A stretch of DNA of 64,000 nt from Takakia lepidozioides (GCA_030704615.1 CM060733.1:40300001-40364000); one strand, 5' to 3'. Shown: positions 38,301-50,486, counted from the first letter of the stretch. Made by a program: numbers and translations. Notes: a model not told the origin generated them from the letters alone.

Positions 38301-40952
38301 CGTATGAGTCTGCTGGAGCCACATACATCAGGTTCGGCTATTCCCTTAGCAACATCCACAATTAGATAAAGCCTCCCATGGTTAATTGTTCGAAGCTGGT
38401 CTCAGGGTGTTGATTTATCTTCGCTGGAACAGGTCTGGTGTCCAAGGTCATGGTCACGTCTGTTTTCCACGTAATGCCAAACAACCAAAATGGGTAAGGC
38501 CTTAAAACTAATTACCCTGGTGAGAGCTCATCATCGAAGATAACAGTTTCAACTTTGAGAGCGCGAATTGCTCCTTGAACCTCCATCACTTTGCCAGCCC
38601 CTATGTACGTTTTGGGACTTGGATGCTCTAGCCTGCCAATACCATAAACTTAGCAATGTTAGAAACTGTAAATGACCTCCCCTGCACGCGAATGTAAAGC
38701 TAAGCAAAGGTCCCCTCATGCTGCACTATTCAAACCAGCAATACTAGAACATCCAACAGACGCACAGAGGGAGGGGAGAGCCATTCACCTACAGGACATA
38801 TGCTCTCCTAACTTTTCGGGGTGGAACTGCCATACCCTCTCACAGTCAGGGCAAAGGTCCATTGCAACTTCGGGCTGTATTGGAGCTTTAAAATGTCCAC
38901 AAAAAGCCCAAAGATGTACTCATTAGAGGTTGTATGCTCTGGCCTTGTAGGACTTAAACCAAGAGAGTGTGTACTCATGAGACATTGTCTGCTGTAGCCT
39001 TGTGGCCATAGACCCCACGCCCGGTTTAACAAGAGAGAAAAAGAGAGAGAGAGAGATGTACTTTTGGTAAGTAGAACCAACGACAGAAAGTCCTGCAGTA
39101 TCAGCTAATTGTGAGAGTTCCTCTAGTGACTCAGTGATCCCAAAAAGAGCTCGCTCTCCTGCCCTTTTGCGCTCAATGCCTACCAAATATGCCCTCTCTT
39201 CAAAGACCTGCATCTCCCATACAATGTTCTCACTGCAGTCAATCTGACGTCCATCTGAGGTACACCAAGTTGATTCCATGTGAAAATTGCTGCAAGAAGC
39301 CCCTCAAGATTTTGAAAGTTTGTGAACAGAGGTGCATGGACTATGTTCTTGATGGCGCTGAAGAGGGTCACTGATGATGAGAATAGCCCCCAACATTTTA
39401 TCTGTAAATGATGTTTTCTAGGCCGCTTGCTCATCAGGCATTGACAATCTCCCTTTCCTTTCTGCATCTGTCTATAGTTCAAAGGTAGACTCCCTGTCCT
39501 CAGTTTCAACTTTAGTCTGGTGCAGACAGTAGGTAGGTAGGCCCTTCAGATCATCCTTAAGGTCATCACCAATGTCACAAACTGGAAACAAAGTTCAGCA
39601 AGAGACCCACTCAAGTCGGAGTTATTTTGCATGATTAATTCTGAATAACTCCAACTTTTTATGCCTAACTGGTTGGAGTACTATTGAGAAAGTGCAAGAG
39701 AGTGGTCCAGATCCTCGCGGATTCGACGTGGGATTAACTTTAAACGAGCTTTTGTCAAATAGAACCGAGTGATCCATGGATCCTGCTTTTCCCAGTATAC
39801 AGAAACAAGCAAGAACATCTTGGAATTTTAGCCTTAACAAGAAAACTGTGTCTTCCACTCTCCCTCTCTTCTCTCTCTTGTCCCATAGGCCCTCCCTCAT
39901 GCTCTGGACCTAGAGATATAAAAATTCGTTCTTTATGTAGGTCTACTTTGTCCCACAGGCCCTGGGGTCGCCCTTTGGACGTTATAAAGTTCCTGTTGTT
40001 GTTCCTTTTCCTTCCGGGAATTTTTATTCTTCTGACTTCTCTGTTTCTGTGGTTCTACTGTGTTGTTATACTGTGTCTCATGGGTCCTCCAGGCCTCTAG
40101 CGGATTCTTCCTTCCCCTAAACCTATGGCCTTTGGGACGTACTAATTTCTCTCTCCTCTATGGGAGCGGGATTACCTCTCGACCATTTTGGAACCTGATC
40201 CGCTTGTTAATGTCTTCTTCAACCCACTCAGATCCGGCAGTAGGAGAGATGACCGTCCCCTCACCCACACCATTGGTGCTCCAATCATCATCACTTATCC
40301 AATCGTCTGCGTCTTTCCTCTCCTCAACCTCTCCCTCAATGCCCAACCCCTCAAGTTCGTTCCCCAAGTCTTGCATGTCCAGCAGGTCTCCAACTCTTCC
40401 ATTTGTCCCGTTTGACACAATATCTTGGCCCACAGCGCTCTCTCTCTTCAACTCGCTGTTGGCCCATACCCCTCCATCATTGGAATTAAATTCGAGCTTC
40501 AAATCTGCCAAAATTTCATCTCCTTGTCTACCCGTATGCTCACTTTCGAGGCCCCTTCCTGTAGCGGCGACTCTTCCGAAGCCTCTCTTGTGACCTGCTC
40601 TGTCTTCCCCCAGGTAAGCACGTCCTCTGCGCGCATCTTCGGAAAGCATAGCGTATACTCTACCACCGAGATTGCTGCTACATTTACGCCTAGTTTCAAA
40701 CCCCCTTCTTACACAACCTCTGTAAACCACAGCCTCTGATCGCTGACTCCTAGTCGACTCAAACCCACAAGCTTCTGGCCCACAGGTCACCTCCAGCTTC
40801 AAGTGCAAAACCCTAAAATTTTCTCTGTATTGACATCGAGACACTCCCAGGTCAGAATGCGGGAGCGAGAACTTCCTAGCAGCCAGCTTGTCTGGGCACA
40901 AATTGGAAGGGGGTATGGTGTGAGAAGGACATGATGAGACAGAGAGAGCCAT
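29369..40952 (-). CDS. HflX: Chloroplast HflX ribosome-associated GTPase, 681 aa, 13 exons
   Basis: Exons 40952-40176, 39207-39062, 38632-38516, 38212-38098, 37515-37378, 37106-37011, 36383-36270, 35920-35852, 33927-33857, 31794-31701, 31591-31463, 31109-31020, 29458-29369 give 2046 nt in frame. Motifs [21 protein letters not shown]1 GYTNAGKS, G2 FATLDPT, G3 DTVGF, G4 NKVD. The N-terminus is Ser/Arg-rich and transit-peptide-like. Confidence 0.95.
29986..30958 (-). mobile_element. LINE family A (RTE/RTEX-like), 5'-truncated copy in HflX intron 12
   Basis: ORF with [27 protein letters not shown] and a CPLC..EDSIHF..HC zinc knuckle, ending [13 protein letters not shown]. 15-bp TSD CCAGGACAAAATAGA at 29971-85 and 30959-73. 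Confidence 0.9.
32008..33583 (-). mobile_element. LINE family A: three stacked pieces in HflX intron 9 (mini 32008-32071, long 32072-~33110, internal 33205-33583)
   Basis: Same peptide blocks as 29986-30958. 3' ends read TTATGAGTACATT(CT)n. A (TC)n tract at 33588-33616 lies just 5' of the stack. Confidence 0.85.
33736..33885. repeat. 75-bp tandem duplication spanning the HflX exon 9 end and donor site
   Basis: Units start at 33736 and 33811. The functional copy has AAG|GTGCC and the downstream copy has AAGATGCC. Confidence 0.9.
35357..35730 (-). mobile_element. LINE family B 3' end in HflX intron 8
   Basis: Matches 3996-4240 and has a (CATTT)3 tail. Candidate TSD GAGAGAAA at 35357-64 and 35731-38. 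Confidence 0.8.
36620..36795 (-). mobile_element. tRNA-derived SINE in HflX intron 6
   Basis: Pol III box A TGGCCCAGTGG (36779-89) and box B GGTTCAAAGCC (36735-45) at tRNA spacing. No intact cloverleaf. Confidence 0.65.
37600..38070 (-). mobile_element. LINE family A decayed copy in HflX intron 4
   Basis: Shares GTGGCTGTTCGGGGCGAGTTT, GGTCAGATGGTGGGGTCAG and GATGCTTGTGTGAAGGGATTTC with copy 1. It begins right after a (TC)n tract at the intron 5' end. Confidence 0.8.
38968..39029 (-). mobile_element. LINE family A 62-bp 3'-end copy in HflX intron 2
   Basis: GGCGTGGGGTCTATGGCCACAAGGCTACAGCAGACAATGTCTCATGAGTACA, with TSD CAAGAGAG at 38960-67 and 39030-37. Confidence 0.8.
39300..39610 (-). mobile_element. 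LINE family A decayed copy in HflX intron 1
   Basis: [39 protein letters not shown]. Confidence 0.8.
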
Positions 40953-42139
40953 GCGGGAAATTCGCTCTAGCTATTGGAGGCTGTGATTGAGCTCACCACC
41001 ACGAAGGATTCTTTGCATAAGGAATCCTTACATTCTGAGATGCCACTTTCTTCTTCTACACAAATCTTTTGCGACGACGGGAATTGGCAAGTGTTTGTAA
41101 TACTACACTGAAGCGAAAAACTCACCTCCAATATAGCTCACAAGTCAAGCAGGGGAGGAGAACGTTTGTGTTCCAAGTTACTAGACATCGACACATGGGC
41201 CAACAGGCGCCGTGAGCGACGCAGTGTATGAGTAGGATTGCGTAAGTACTTTTCAAGATAGATATGCATTCATCCTGGAGCATCAAGTCCTCGAGGACCA
41301 GCCACAATAGTCTCAACCGTAGGCCAGATTTGCCAGGAGGCTCAAGAGCTAGGTGTACTATAAAGTTGCATTCTGAGTTGACCGTTGAACAAATCGACCT
41401 TTGCAGCACTTCACCCATTTAAAAGCACTGAATCTTCGAAAGCTGGTGAGATTATCTAAACTGCCTCAAACCTGGGTTTTGTGTGTTCATCGACTTCGCA
41501 GACGCTAATTTTTCGAAATTGCCAACACGATCACTGCATGCAGCTCCTCAAGTCCAACAAATCTACGGTTCTGATTCCGAGAGAAGCCTGCAGTGCGGTT
41601 GATGATCCCCGCCACTGTTCTCATAACTGAAATGGCGACAAGTGCGGCTGGGACATTGGCCTTTTAGTATTGACTATTTCTATTGTTGGGGGTTGTCTCT
41701 CTCAAGTCGATATTCCGTTCTCTCTGCACGAGGGCTGCATGGATGCCTTCCTCGACACCCAGTGGTGGGCTTGCAGAGTTTTTTTGTCTTTTACTTTGAT
41801 GATCCGACTGCACTAGCCGTCGAGGCAGGGGAGACGATTGGGGAAGAGAGCTTCGATTTCCTTGTCGCCATTTTCCTTGAACTTTGTTGGTGATTGTTTC
41901 TGGAGTCCTGCTATCAGACAGATTGTTCAGAGCGAAGGAGATGTGGTGTTATGCTGGAAATTCTTTTGTGGCGGTTAGTCTGGAACTGCACTAATCCGTT
42001 GTGCAGAGATGACAACGTAATAGGGCTCGTTCTTGGGTCTTCTTGGTCCCTTTGAGTGCGATGTTGGAAGCGCTTATCGCACCCAGTTGACAACAGAAGA
42101 GAGCTGTGAGAAGATGACTTGACTTGAAGCAGTCTTGTC

Positions 42140-43495
42140 ATGGCTGCAAAATCAAGTAAAGATAGAGGGGGGAAGAAGGATGCGATGGGTGGCTCAGGAG
42201 GTAGCAGTGGCGGAGGCGGCGGTGACGAGTTCGGACGGGCCGTAGCCAAAATGGGGGTGGCCCAGGTATGTGAATCTCTGGGTTTTCACACATTCCAGCG
42301 CTCTGCCGCAGAGGCTTTGGCTGACATTGCGCTGCGTTATCTCAGTGATCTCGCGAAAGCTGCGCACTTCTATGCGAATTTGGCAGGGCGTACACAATGC
42401 AACGCACTCGATGTAATCTTGGCCATGGAGGATGTGGGCACTGGGCCAAATGCGGCTACAGATACGGCCCGTTCACTATCAAGCTCTGCGTCCCTGCGGG
42501 ATGTGATGAAGTATGTGGAATACTCTGACGAAATTCCTTTTGCAAGGCCTGTCCCACACTTCCCTGTATCCAAGAAGCGGGCGGCCCCGCCCAGCTTTGC
42601 GCAGCTGGGGGAGACCCCCCCGCAATCGCATATACCTGCCTGGCTGCCTGCATTTCCGGATCCCCACACTTATCGCGCCACTCCTGTTTGGAATGAGCGA
42701 AAGGGCGACTCTTGCATGGATAAACTTGAGCAGGCCAGACAGCGTCGGAAGGCAGAACGCTCGCTTGTTGCCCTCCATCTCCGCCTGTCTGCCAGGGGAT
42801 TGGGTGTGGGTGCGGGGGACGCATCCTCGTCAGGGTCAGCTTTGGTACAGACAAGGGCTCGGTCCGTTTGGGGTGCAACCGGGCCAGCCCCGGGGGTAGG
42901 GATCTCTGGTCCCCAATCTCTTCAGTCTCGTCAGGAGTGGTCTTCCAGGGAGCAAGAGGCGCTACTTGCAAAGATGGAGTCTGAGGGTTCACTGGGGAAA
43001 GCCAAAGGAAAGAAGTCAGCAATTATGGTGCAAAACCCATTTCTAGCAGCCCCTCTTGCAGCCGGTGAGGGAGAGGTTTCGCCCATTTCTTTTGCTAGGA
43101 GAGGCTTTGGTGCTGACGGACTCAAACCTGATGGTGATGGGCAGGTAGCGGTGCCATCTGTGCTGGAGGCTTTTGCTCCAGCACTCGAGGTTGCAACCAA
43201 GAGTCTAGAACACAATGAAATGGAAGCTGTTACTCCCAAGGAACAGGCTGGAAGCATAATTCCTGAGTCAAAGGATCGGGTGCCCGTCTCTCTGACTTTC
43301 GACTGGGGAAGAAAGACTCGGGCTAAGGCCATTGTTGCACAGCTGAGCTTGGCCCGAAGTAGGTCACCTGTCAAGAAGGGGAAGGGTGGTGTCTCATCAG
43401 GGAAGGAGGAGGAGAAGGATGAGAAAAGAAAACGAGCCGAGCAGATTTTAGCACAGGCCATAGAGGACTCGGGAGATGTCGGCCCACAAACATGA
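42140..43495 (+). CDS. TAF8: Transcription initiation factor TFIID subunit 8, intronless, 451 aa
   Basis: Bromodomain-associated histone fold (DEFGRAVAKMGVAQVCES..GF..SA.EALADI..RY..ANLAGRTQCN) followed by the TAF8 C-terminal motif HIPAWLPAFPDPHTY..ARQRRKAERSL. Confidence 0.93.
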   Translation: MAAKSSKDRGGKKDAMGGSGGSSGGGGGDEFGRAVAKMGVAQVCESLGFHTFQRSAAEALADIALRYLSDLAKAAHFYANLAGRTQCNALDVILAMEDVGTGPNAATDTARSLSSSASLRDVMKYVEYSDEIPFARPVPHFPVSKKRAAPPSFAQLGETPPQSHIPAWLPAFPDPHTYRATPVWNERKGDSCMDKLEQARQRRKAERSLVALHLRLSARGLGVGAGDASSSGSALVQTRARSVWGATGPAPGVGISGPQSLQSRQEWSSREQEALLAKMESEGSLGKAKGKKSAIMVQNPFLAAPLAAGEGEVSPISFARRGFGADGLKPDGDGQVAVPSVLEAFAPALEVATKSLEHNEMEAVTPKEQAGSIIPESKDRVPVSLTFDWGRKTRAKAIVAQLSLARSRSPVKKGKGGVSSGKEEEKDEKRKRAEQILAQAIEDSGDVGPQT

Positions 43496-46046
43496 CTTCA
43501 CAAAATGCTGACCTGTGCGTTCTTCCTTCTCTGCAGTATTTTTCTCTGTTCTTCATGGCTGATGCCAGGAAAAGTTAGGTGCAAGATATTATTGGTCATC
43601 AGCCAACCTTTTCACTTAACTGTCTTGTGCTTTGGCCTGTCTTCCACAGGTTCCGTTGAACAAAGGCTCTTTACAATGAACGACAAATGCATGCAGCTTC
43701 TTGGTGTTGTTACCATGAATGGCAGGGCAAAAACTTTTGGAAGGAAGAGCAGTCTGTCGGATCATGCAGTAGGGATAATGTCTCTCTCTCTTACACACCC
43801 ACACAAGGATTAGCCAAGCATGATCTTCCGAGTACGTTTTCTTCTTACCCTGCCCCGCATAGTGTCTTGTCTATGCAACACCTTAAATCAGACCCCAATT
43901 ACCTGTAATAGGATTGTGGACCTGTGCACACCATGCTTTGACAACTTTTGGCTTAGAATCATGCCATGTAATCTTCATATACTTGATCAGCTCCAAGATG
44001 TTTAGTATCTCGCCGTGATCATGCCCTCAAGGGTGTTTTACAACCTACAGCCAAGCTACACTTCTTGCAACTCCAGTTCGTGTATGGCTGTCTCTAGTCA
44101 AGTTGGGCTCACAAAAAAAAAATGAATGACCTGAAAGATTCTGTGCGCCACTCTGTGCTCTTCTCTCTTCAAGCTTCACGAGATCTCAATTTTACTATGA
44201 GAATAAACCTTTTCATTATGTTACCAATATTGGCTTTTCCGCGACTGATTCAGTTTTTATTTTTATTTTTATTTTTTTCCAGTTTGGCCGAAAAGGGCTT
44301 AGGCTTGGGCATTTAGGAATCTTGACGAATACAAGTGAAACCTTATCTCCAAAACCCTGCCCCTCTTTCCGCGTGCTCCGGTGTAGCAGGATTGAGCTAT
44401 GTAGCTCTCAATCGGCTGACCTCACAGCAATCACCTACCCACCTACTGTATTTAGATTTTAGGGAAATGCGTCTGTGGCAAACCACAGAGAGGGGCGTCA
44501 TTGGGAGCACCTGCACTTAGAAATTTACTTAGTAATTCACTAAGTATGGAATGAAAGTGGTAAGATGATTCCACATTATGCTTTCAGCCAGTGCAGAAAC
44601 TGTTAGCGGGATGTCCCTCTTAGTTTGTTGAGAATTGCTCTACAACCGTGATGTGATGATGGTGGCTATGGTACACCTCTCAGGAATTTCTGATATTGAG
44701 AGGGTTGGAGCGATTCGATCAGCAGGCCCAATGGCTTCAGGGCTGGGGACTAAAATCAATCACATACTGACCTCTGTCGTGCGCATCCCCAGGTAACAGC
44801 TTATTTCCGGAATGTTATAAATTTCTTTCAAATGTGAGAAGGTTTCATGAGAAAGTCGACTCTACCCTGTATGGAGGAAGCACATGTGTTTGAGAGGGAT
44901 AGGTAAAGAAATGATGATGGGCAGTTGTGGATATATGCATGCAGGGATTGAAAGCAAAAGGTGTTGGATGAATAGCTGAAGGTGGAATTGGAGATGATGA
45001 AGCAAGCCACCAACTTTCTGCTTCAAAAGGTGGGCATGTGGGAGGCTCACAGCTGTTCCTATGAAAGTATTTTTACAGAGGAATGGGCAAAGTGATATTA
45101 AGAGTAGAGATTTGATATGGCTGTCAGTTTCGGGTTTTAGGCTTAAGAGTCAAATATGTTTCCATTTTGAGAGGCTTCCTGATGTGATTGCAGGCAAAGT
45201 TGCAACTGTTGCAGGGGACGACTCAAGAGCAAATCATTGAGATGGCTGCTAAATGAGTTTTTCGGCTCTTCTGCAGATTTTTTAGGGTGTTCCTAGTGAT
45301 TGTCTGAGGGATTGTTTGAACATATTGATTGGATTGTGGGATCCTTGGTGTTCTCAGAAGGAAGTCTGGACCTATCTTGTCTTGGACTCCCTTTATTTAG
45401 ATGTAATCTACCCTCATGCAGTTAGATGGTTGTTTTTCATTCGACACCAACCTGGATGATGGCTCATTCAGATTCAAAGGCTTGAGTTCAGAAGACATGC
45501 TAGTCTATCAGGCCATACAGCAGTCTGTCTTTTGTGTTGTTTCTCTTTCATATTTGTTGAACCTTGCTCCATAGTGGACTTATACATAGGAGCACAGCGA
45601 CCATTCTTGTTGAAGCACAACCATCTTGAACCAATGGGCCCTGATCTCAGTCAAAATACAGTGGAAGGGACAATGAGAAATTATCCTTTAGACGCAAGAC
45701 CCTACAGTCCATACTTAATTTTCCTGGGTTTTGATTGGCACTGCAAAATTATATCCATAGACCCTGCCTCAAAGTTCAAGGCTCCAAAATTGGACCTAGA
45801 GTGACGGTGGTCTCTTACTGACAAAGAGGTTTGTTGTAATCTGTAGGAATATGGACAATGGATTTGAAGAAGAGGACAAACTTACAGCAGCCACAAGCTT
45901 CTATTCTGGATGCAACTGCAAAGTTGTGCAAGGAGCAAAGGTGTGTGAGAGAGACTATTCCACTGAAAATGCAGGAGAATAGAATCCTATCTCTATACAA
46001 GAGATAGGAATAGAGAATAGACGCACTTCAGAACAACTTAGATGCA

Positions 46047-46579
46047 GCTCTGATATGCAACACTCGAAAGGGAGTTTACAGCATGCTCTACTACAGAATC
46101 AAAGCACCTAAATGCAATGACCTAAAGCAGAAGATCAAACAGTCTAACTCAACAACTTCAAAATGCGAGACAGTGAGATGAGAACACAAACAAATAGAAA
46201 AGTGGAATCTTTATAACCCCAGACTAGTTTCGCTCAGCAACGTGAGCTCATTAGTGGGAAAGAAAAGGAATGAGATACGAAGACCCCACACCCTGCTACC
46301 GGGAGTGAATAGTCTCGCGGGTGACAATCAACCAATGGATGTCTCGAGAGGAGAAAACCATTCAATGGATGTCTTGTGAAGAGATAAATCATCCAAGAAA
46401 GTCTTGGTGGGAGAAAACCATCCAATGGATGAAATTAAGTTCTTGACAAGAGAGAACCATCCAAAGGATGAAATTCATCCCAAAAAATCAATTTGTATCT
46501 CTCATATACAACTAATTTCCTTCTATTGTAACTTTGTACGAACTATGTAGGAACGCAAGGTCCTTGCTTTTTTCCAACA
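46047..46579 (-). mobile_element. Copia-like LTR remnant with decayed PBS
   Basis: The minus strand starts TGTTGG at 46579 and ends ..TGCA at ~46056, followed by TATCAGAGC (PBS remnant). Internal repeats of GAGAAAACCATCCAATGGATG. Confidence 0.45.
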
Positions 46580-46934
46580 AAGATAGGTGTGTCAAAAGAT
46601 GCCAACTAACCCTAAGCTAGTGACCCAAGGTAGATTAAACCACCAGGGTGCCCTGGTAAGGGCTGGACTTGAGCAGCATTGCCAACTTCAATCAACTCAG
46701 CCAAAGGCTATTGGGTATATAAGCTCCAACTATTGGTGCTCAAACTCTCTCTTATATGTAGTAGTGGATGTACTAGGGACCAACCAATGGAAAGCCCGCC
46801 TCTTACCGTTGCATCAAAAATCTAGGAGCATCTTTTATTTCAAAAAAAATTTACATATCAGGAATGTACTCCATTTGTACATAGATGACCTGCACCTACG
46901 CAGGTAACGAACCGTTCTCTCTAAAATTTAACAT

Positions 46935-48460
46935 CAATATATGAAGTGTTTGTTTGTTTTGTTTTGTTTTGTTTTGTATTGTAGTGTTGAGATGTCCCAA
47001 ACCGCGAGGCCCTGGCTCTTGTGCTTGGTACCGTTGGAAAGCCCTCGACGAGGAGGGGTGCACGGGCCTGGTCTCACGATTTTTGGACATGCAGGGTGGG
47101 AGATGTGGCATTCCAAGTACTTTGGGTTCCTGGAAATTCACAAAATATAGCAAAATGGGAGCCTCGATGGAAAAGATATCAAGGGAAAGGTCTTCGGGTC
47201 AAATTTGATCGTAGGCTATGTAGAAAAGAAATGCATTTGGACTTAGATGACATTGGACACTTGGGCCAATGGCACAAGCTACCCTAGAGACCAGGCTACC
47301 CTAGAGATGGGAGATATATCAATAATGATTGGATATTATTACTCGATAAATTCATGAAAAAAAAAAAATGGGGCCTTGGCATGGGAGACGGACTTGGATA
47401 CATAGGAGATTGCACATTGGGCTCAGATGGGCCTCCACATAGGAGACACCCTTGGATACATAGATATCGCTTGGGCTTAGATGACAGTGGACACTTGGGC
47501 CTCTACATGGGAGATGCACTTGGGCTTAGATGGGCCTCGACATAGGGGTACATTGGAAATTGCACTTGGTCTTAAATTTCAATTTTTCACACATGGGCCA
47601 ATAGTAGAGGCTATCCTAGAGGTTGCACTTGGGCTTGGACATGAGAGATGTCCTTAGATACATAGGAGATTGCACTTGGGCCAACGGCATAGGCTACCCT
47701 AGTCAATATATGAAGCCAGTGTTTGGTTTGTTTTGTAGATTTGAGATGTCCCAAACTGCGGGCCCCACCCTGAGTGCTTGGTCCCGTTGGAAAGCCCTCC
47801 ACGAGGAGGGGTGCTTGGTTTCACGATTTTTGGACCTATGGTGTGGGAGATGTGAAATTTCAAGTACTTTGGGTTGTTGGAAATTCACGAAAAATTGCAA
47901 AGTGGGCATTCCTGGGACAATGGTTGGAGCCTCGACATGGGAGATATTAAGGGAAAGGTCTCTGGTTCAAATCTGGTCGTAGGCTATGTGGAAAAAAAAT
48001 GCATTTGGACTTAGATGACATTGGACACAGACTACCCTATTGACGGGAGACATATCAATAATGATTGGATATTACTACTCAATAAATTCATGAAAAAATT
48101 AACATGGGGCCTTGACATGGGAGAGGATACATAGGAGATTGCACACTGGGCTTAGATGGGCCTCGACATAGCAGCCAGTGATATATATAGGATTAATATA
48201 AACTTTTAACTCTTTCACCAAATTCCAATTTCTGAATCACATTACATTGTTGCTCATTTTGTTCATGTTACAATATTCTTTAAACATTAGTTCACTCATG
48301 TACCACACTTTGTAACTAAACAAACATCCAACTTCATTTTAGTATATCGATTTCCACATGGGCCGCGACATAAGAGACGCACTTGGATACATAAGGGATT
48401 GTACCTCGACTTAGATGACACTGGACACTTGGGCCGACGGCACATGCTACCCTAGTATGC
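46935..48460. repeat. ~770-bp tandemly duplicated non-coding repeat with many GGACACTTGGGCC / TTGCACTTGGG subrepeats (probable non-autonomous DNA element)
   Basis: The block CAATATATGAAG...GAGATGTCCCAAAC...CGTTGGAAAGCCCTC..GAGGAGGGGTGC...GCATTTGGACTTAGATGACATTGGACAC starts at ~46935 and again at ~47704. Confidence 0.75.
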
Positions 48461-48980
48461 ATGCATGATATGTTATTATGGAACTTGGGTGTGGACGTGT
48501 GGTTTAGTTTGCAAGACATCATTATTGAGGTTACATTAAGCTCAAATGTGTAAATTTGATATGTAAGGTCTGGGTGGTAGTATGATGAAGCATATGTCTC
48601 ATGGTTGTGGTTCAGCGGAGTGTTGGGTATATTGGTTATGTGACAAGTAGGTTCATCAATGATATTTAGTTACCATTGGAATGTTAGGTTGTAGATTCTA
48701 GAGTAGCGAAGTTGCAAAAAATTCGAATGGTGACACTGAGACCTAAAAGCTAATTAGTGTAATTTACATACTTTTGCTGGACAATCTGGGCTGTAGAGCA
48801 TGGCCCTGCTTCATCAGCCATATAAGGAATTCAAGTGAAACTACAAATGCAATGTTGCAGAATTTTGTTAATAACATATGCGCCCTGGCAGGCCTACTAG
48901 TTCCGAGTAATTAGAATGAATTTGCTTGATTGCTCCAGTGCTAATTGTGAGTTTTCTACGTCCTCCATCTTGAGGAGGCT

Positions 48981-49720
48981 ATATTAGAAAGCTAAAAGTA
49001 AACAAAATGAGGACACTACTTGAGACAGACATAAGAAACTTAGAGAATGCACTCTGAGATGAACACTAAGCCTGAATTCTGATTAGATGGACACGCAATA
49101 TATACATAGGAGACCTCCGTGAGATGCAGCTCTTGCTACCATATCAACGGCACTATTCTCGAAGTCACACCTATCTACGAGAGAAAGTTAAGGTAAAACT
49201 AATAACTAACGCAAGTTGCATCCCAACTACCCTAGCGGTGGCAGCTCCGAAACTGAAGCACCATCGGCTGACTTCTCCGAAACTCAAGCGCTGATCACGG
49301 AGACTGAAGCTCAGCCTTGGTCACTCTTTGTTGACACTCCCCTTGCTCAAGGTTGAGTTCTCTCAGTCCCAATATTCTCATGCATTTGGAGTGTTTGGGT
49401 CCAGGAACTACTTTTGTCAACATGTCGGCTCGCTCCATATCTGCAGTTGGGCAGTACTCGAACAAAACTTCTCCTTCAGCCATCATCTCTCGCACATAAT
49501 GGTGCTGAATGTCTATGTGGTTAGTACTACTGCGATGAATGGGATTCTTGATTAGTTGTCAAACAATATCACAGTTAATCTTTCTTTTTGAACAAATCCA
49601 AGTTCACCAAGAAAAGTTCGTAACCACATGGCCTCTCGGGTAGCTTGGGAGGCCGCCATATTCTCAGCTTCAGTAGTAGACAATGCTACTGTTGGTTGTC
49701 TTCGCGACGACCAACAGAGC
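48981..49720 (-). mobile_element. Copia RNase H + PPT + 3' LTR
   Basis: WSSRRQPTVALSTTEAE.MAA, HIDIQHHYVRE, ADMLTK. PPT AAGGGGAG then TGTCAAC at 49336. The LTR far end (~48981) is approximate. Confidence 0.85.
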
Positions 49721-49724
49721 CACG

Positions 49725-50288
49725 GGTAGGAAGATAAAGGGAGAAGCAAGGACTGAGAAAGGGGATTCTTGGAAGCACTTCACGGGGAGGACTTCTTGGT
49801 CATGCAGGAGAAGGGATCGGGCGGAGAGTAAGAATGGAAGCAAAGATGGAGAGCACGGTGAAGGAGGAGAGATGATTAGTAGATGCTTGTTATATGCAAA
49901 GCTGTAGTGATATTGTAGAGCAGATTAGAGACACAATGGCTTCGGCCTGATACCTGATAAATCATAATCTGATACTTATACGATACAATCACACTGTGTA
50001 GAGAGATCTGAGTGAAGCTGTGGAATGAATGATGAGTTGATGGAATCCGATAGATTGATGAAGCAAACTGATACTTAAATTATCACTAGTAAGGTAGCTA
50101 ACATGAATGCGGAAAGGAAAACAAATAGGAAACACCCCCATGATACACTAGTTGTAGGTCATGACTGATTGTTCTGAGCGGGCTGAGTACTTAGAGATTT
50201 CCAACTCTTCTATCTTGGAGTTTCCGCCTCGGATAGCGAAGGGATGGGTGAGTAAAAGCCGCGCGACATTTGGCGACCATACTGGGGA
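49725..50288 (+). mobile_element. Partial Gypsy (Tat/Ogre-like) 5' LTR with Arg-type PBS
   Basis: ...GCGCGACA (50268), TT, then TGGCGACCATACTGGGGA (50271-88), resembling the tRNA-Arg PBS of Tat/Ogre elements. Confidence 0.5.
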
Positions 50289-50486
50289 ACTGAGTCATTA
50301 ACAACCAGATGTGACAGGCATCTGGTGGGATCATGGTGGTTGGACCATTAAAGAATTTGAAGTGAATCAAATTCCCTGTGGAACGAAGGAAGAAAGATTG
50401 TCCAAACAATTCTTTCAAAGGTTCTTGGAATTGCCAGACGGTTGTAAGGAAAATATTCTTAAGCGAGTGCATGATGCTGATCCGGA

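Noticed and set aside
44640-44795. Candidate upstream exon for the orphan kinase (CCAG|GTAACA donor)
   Set aside because: It has no HRD, DFG or GY.AP motifs, and the required frame contains a stop.
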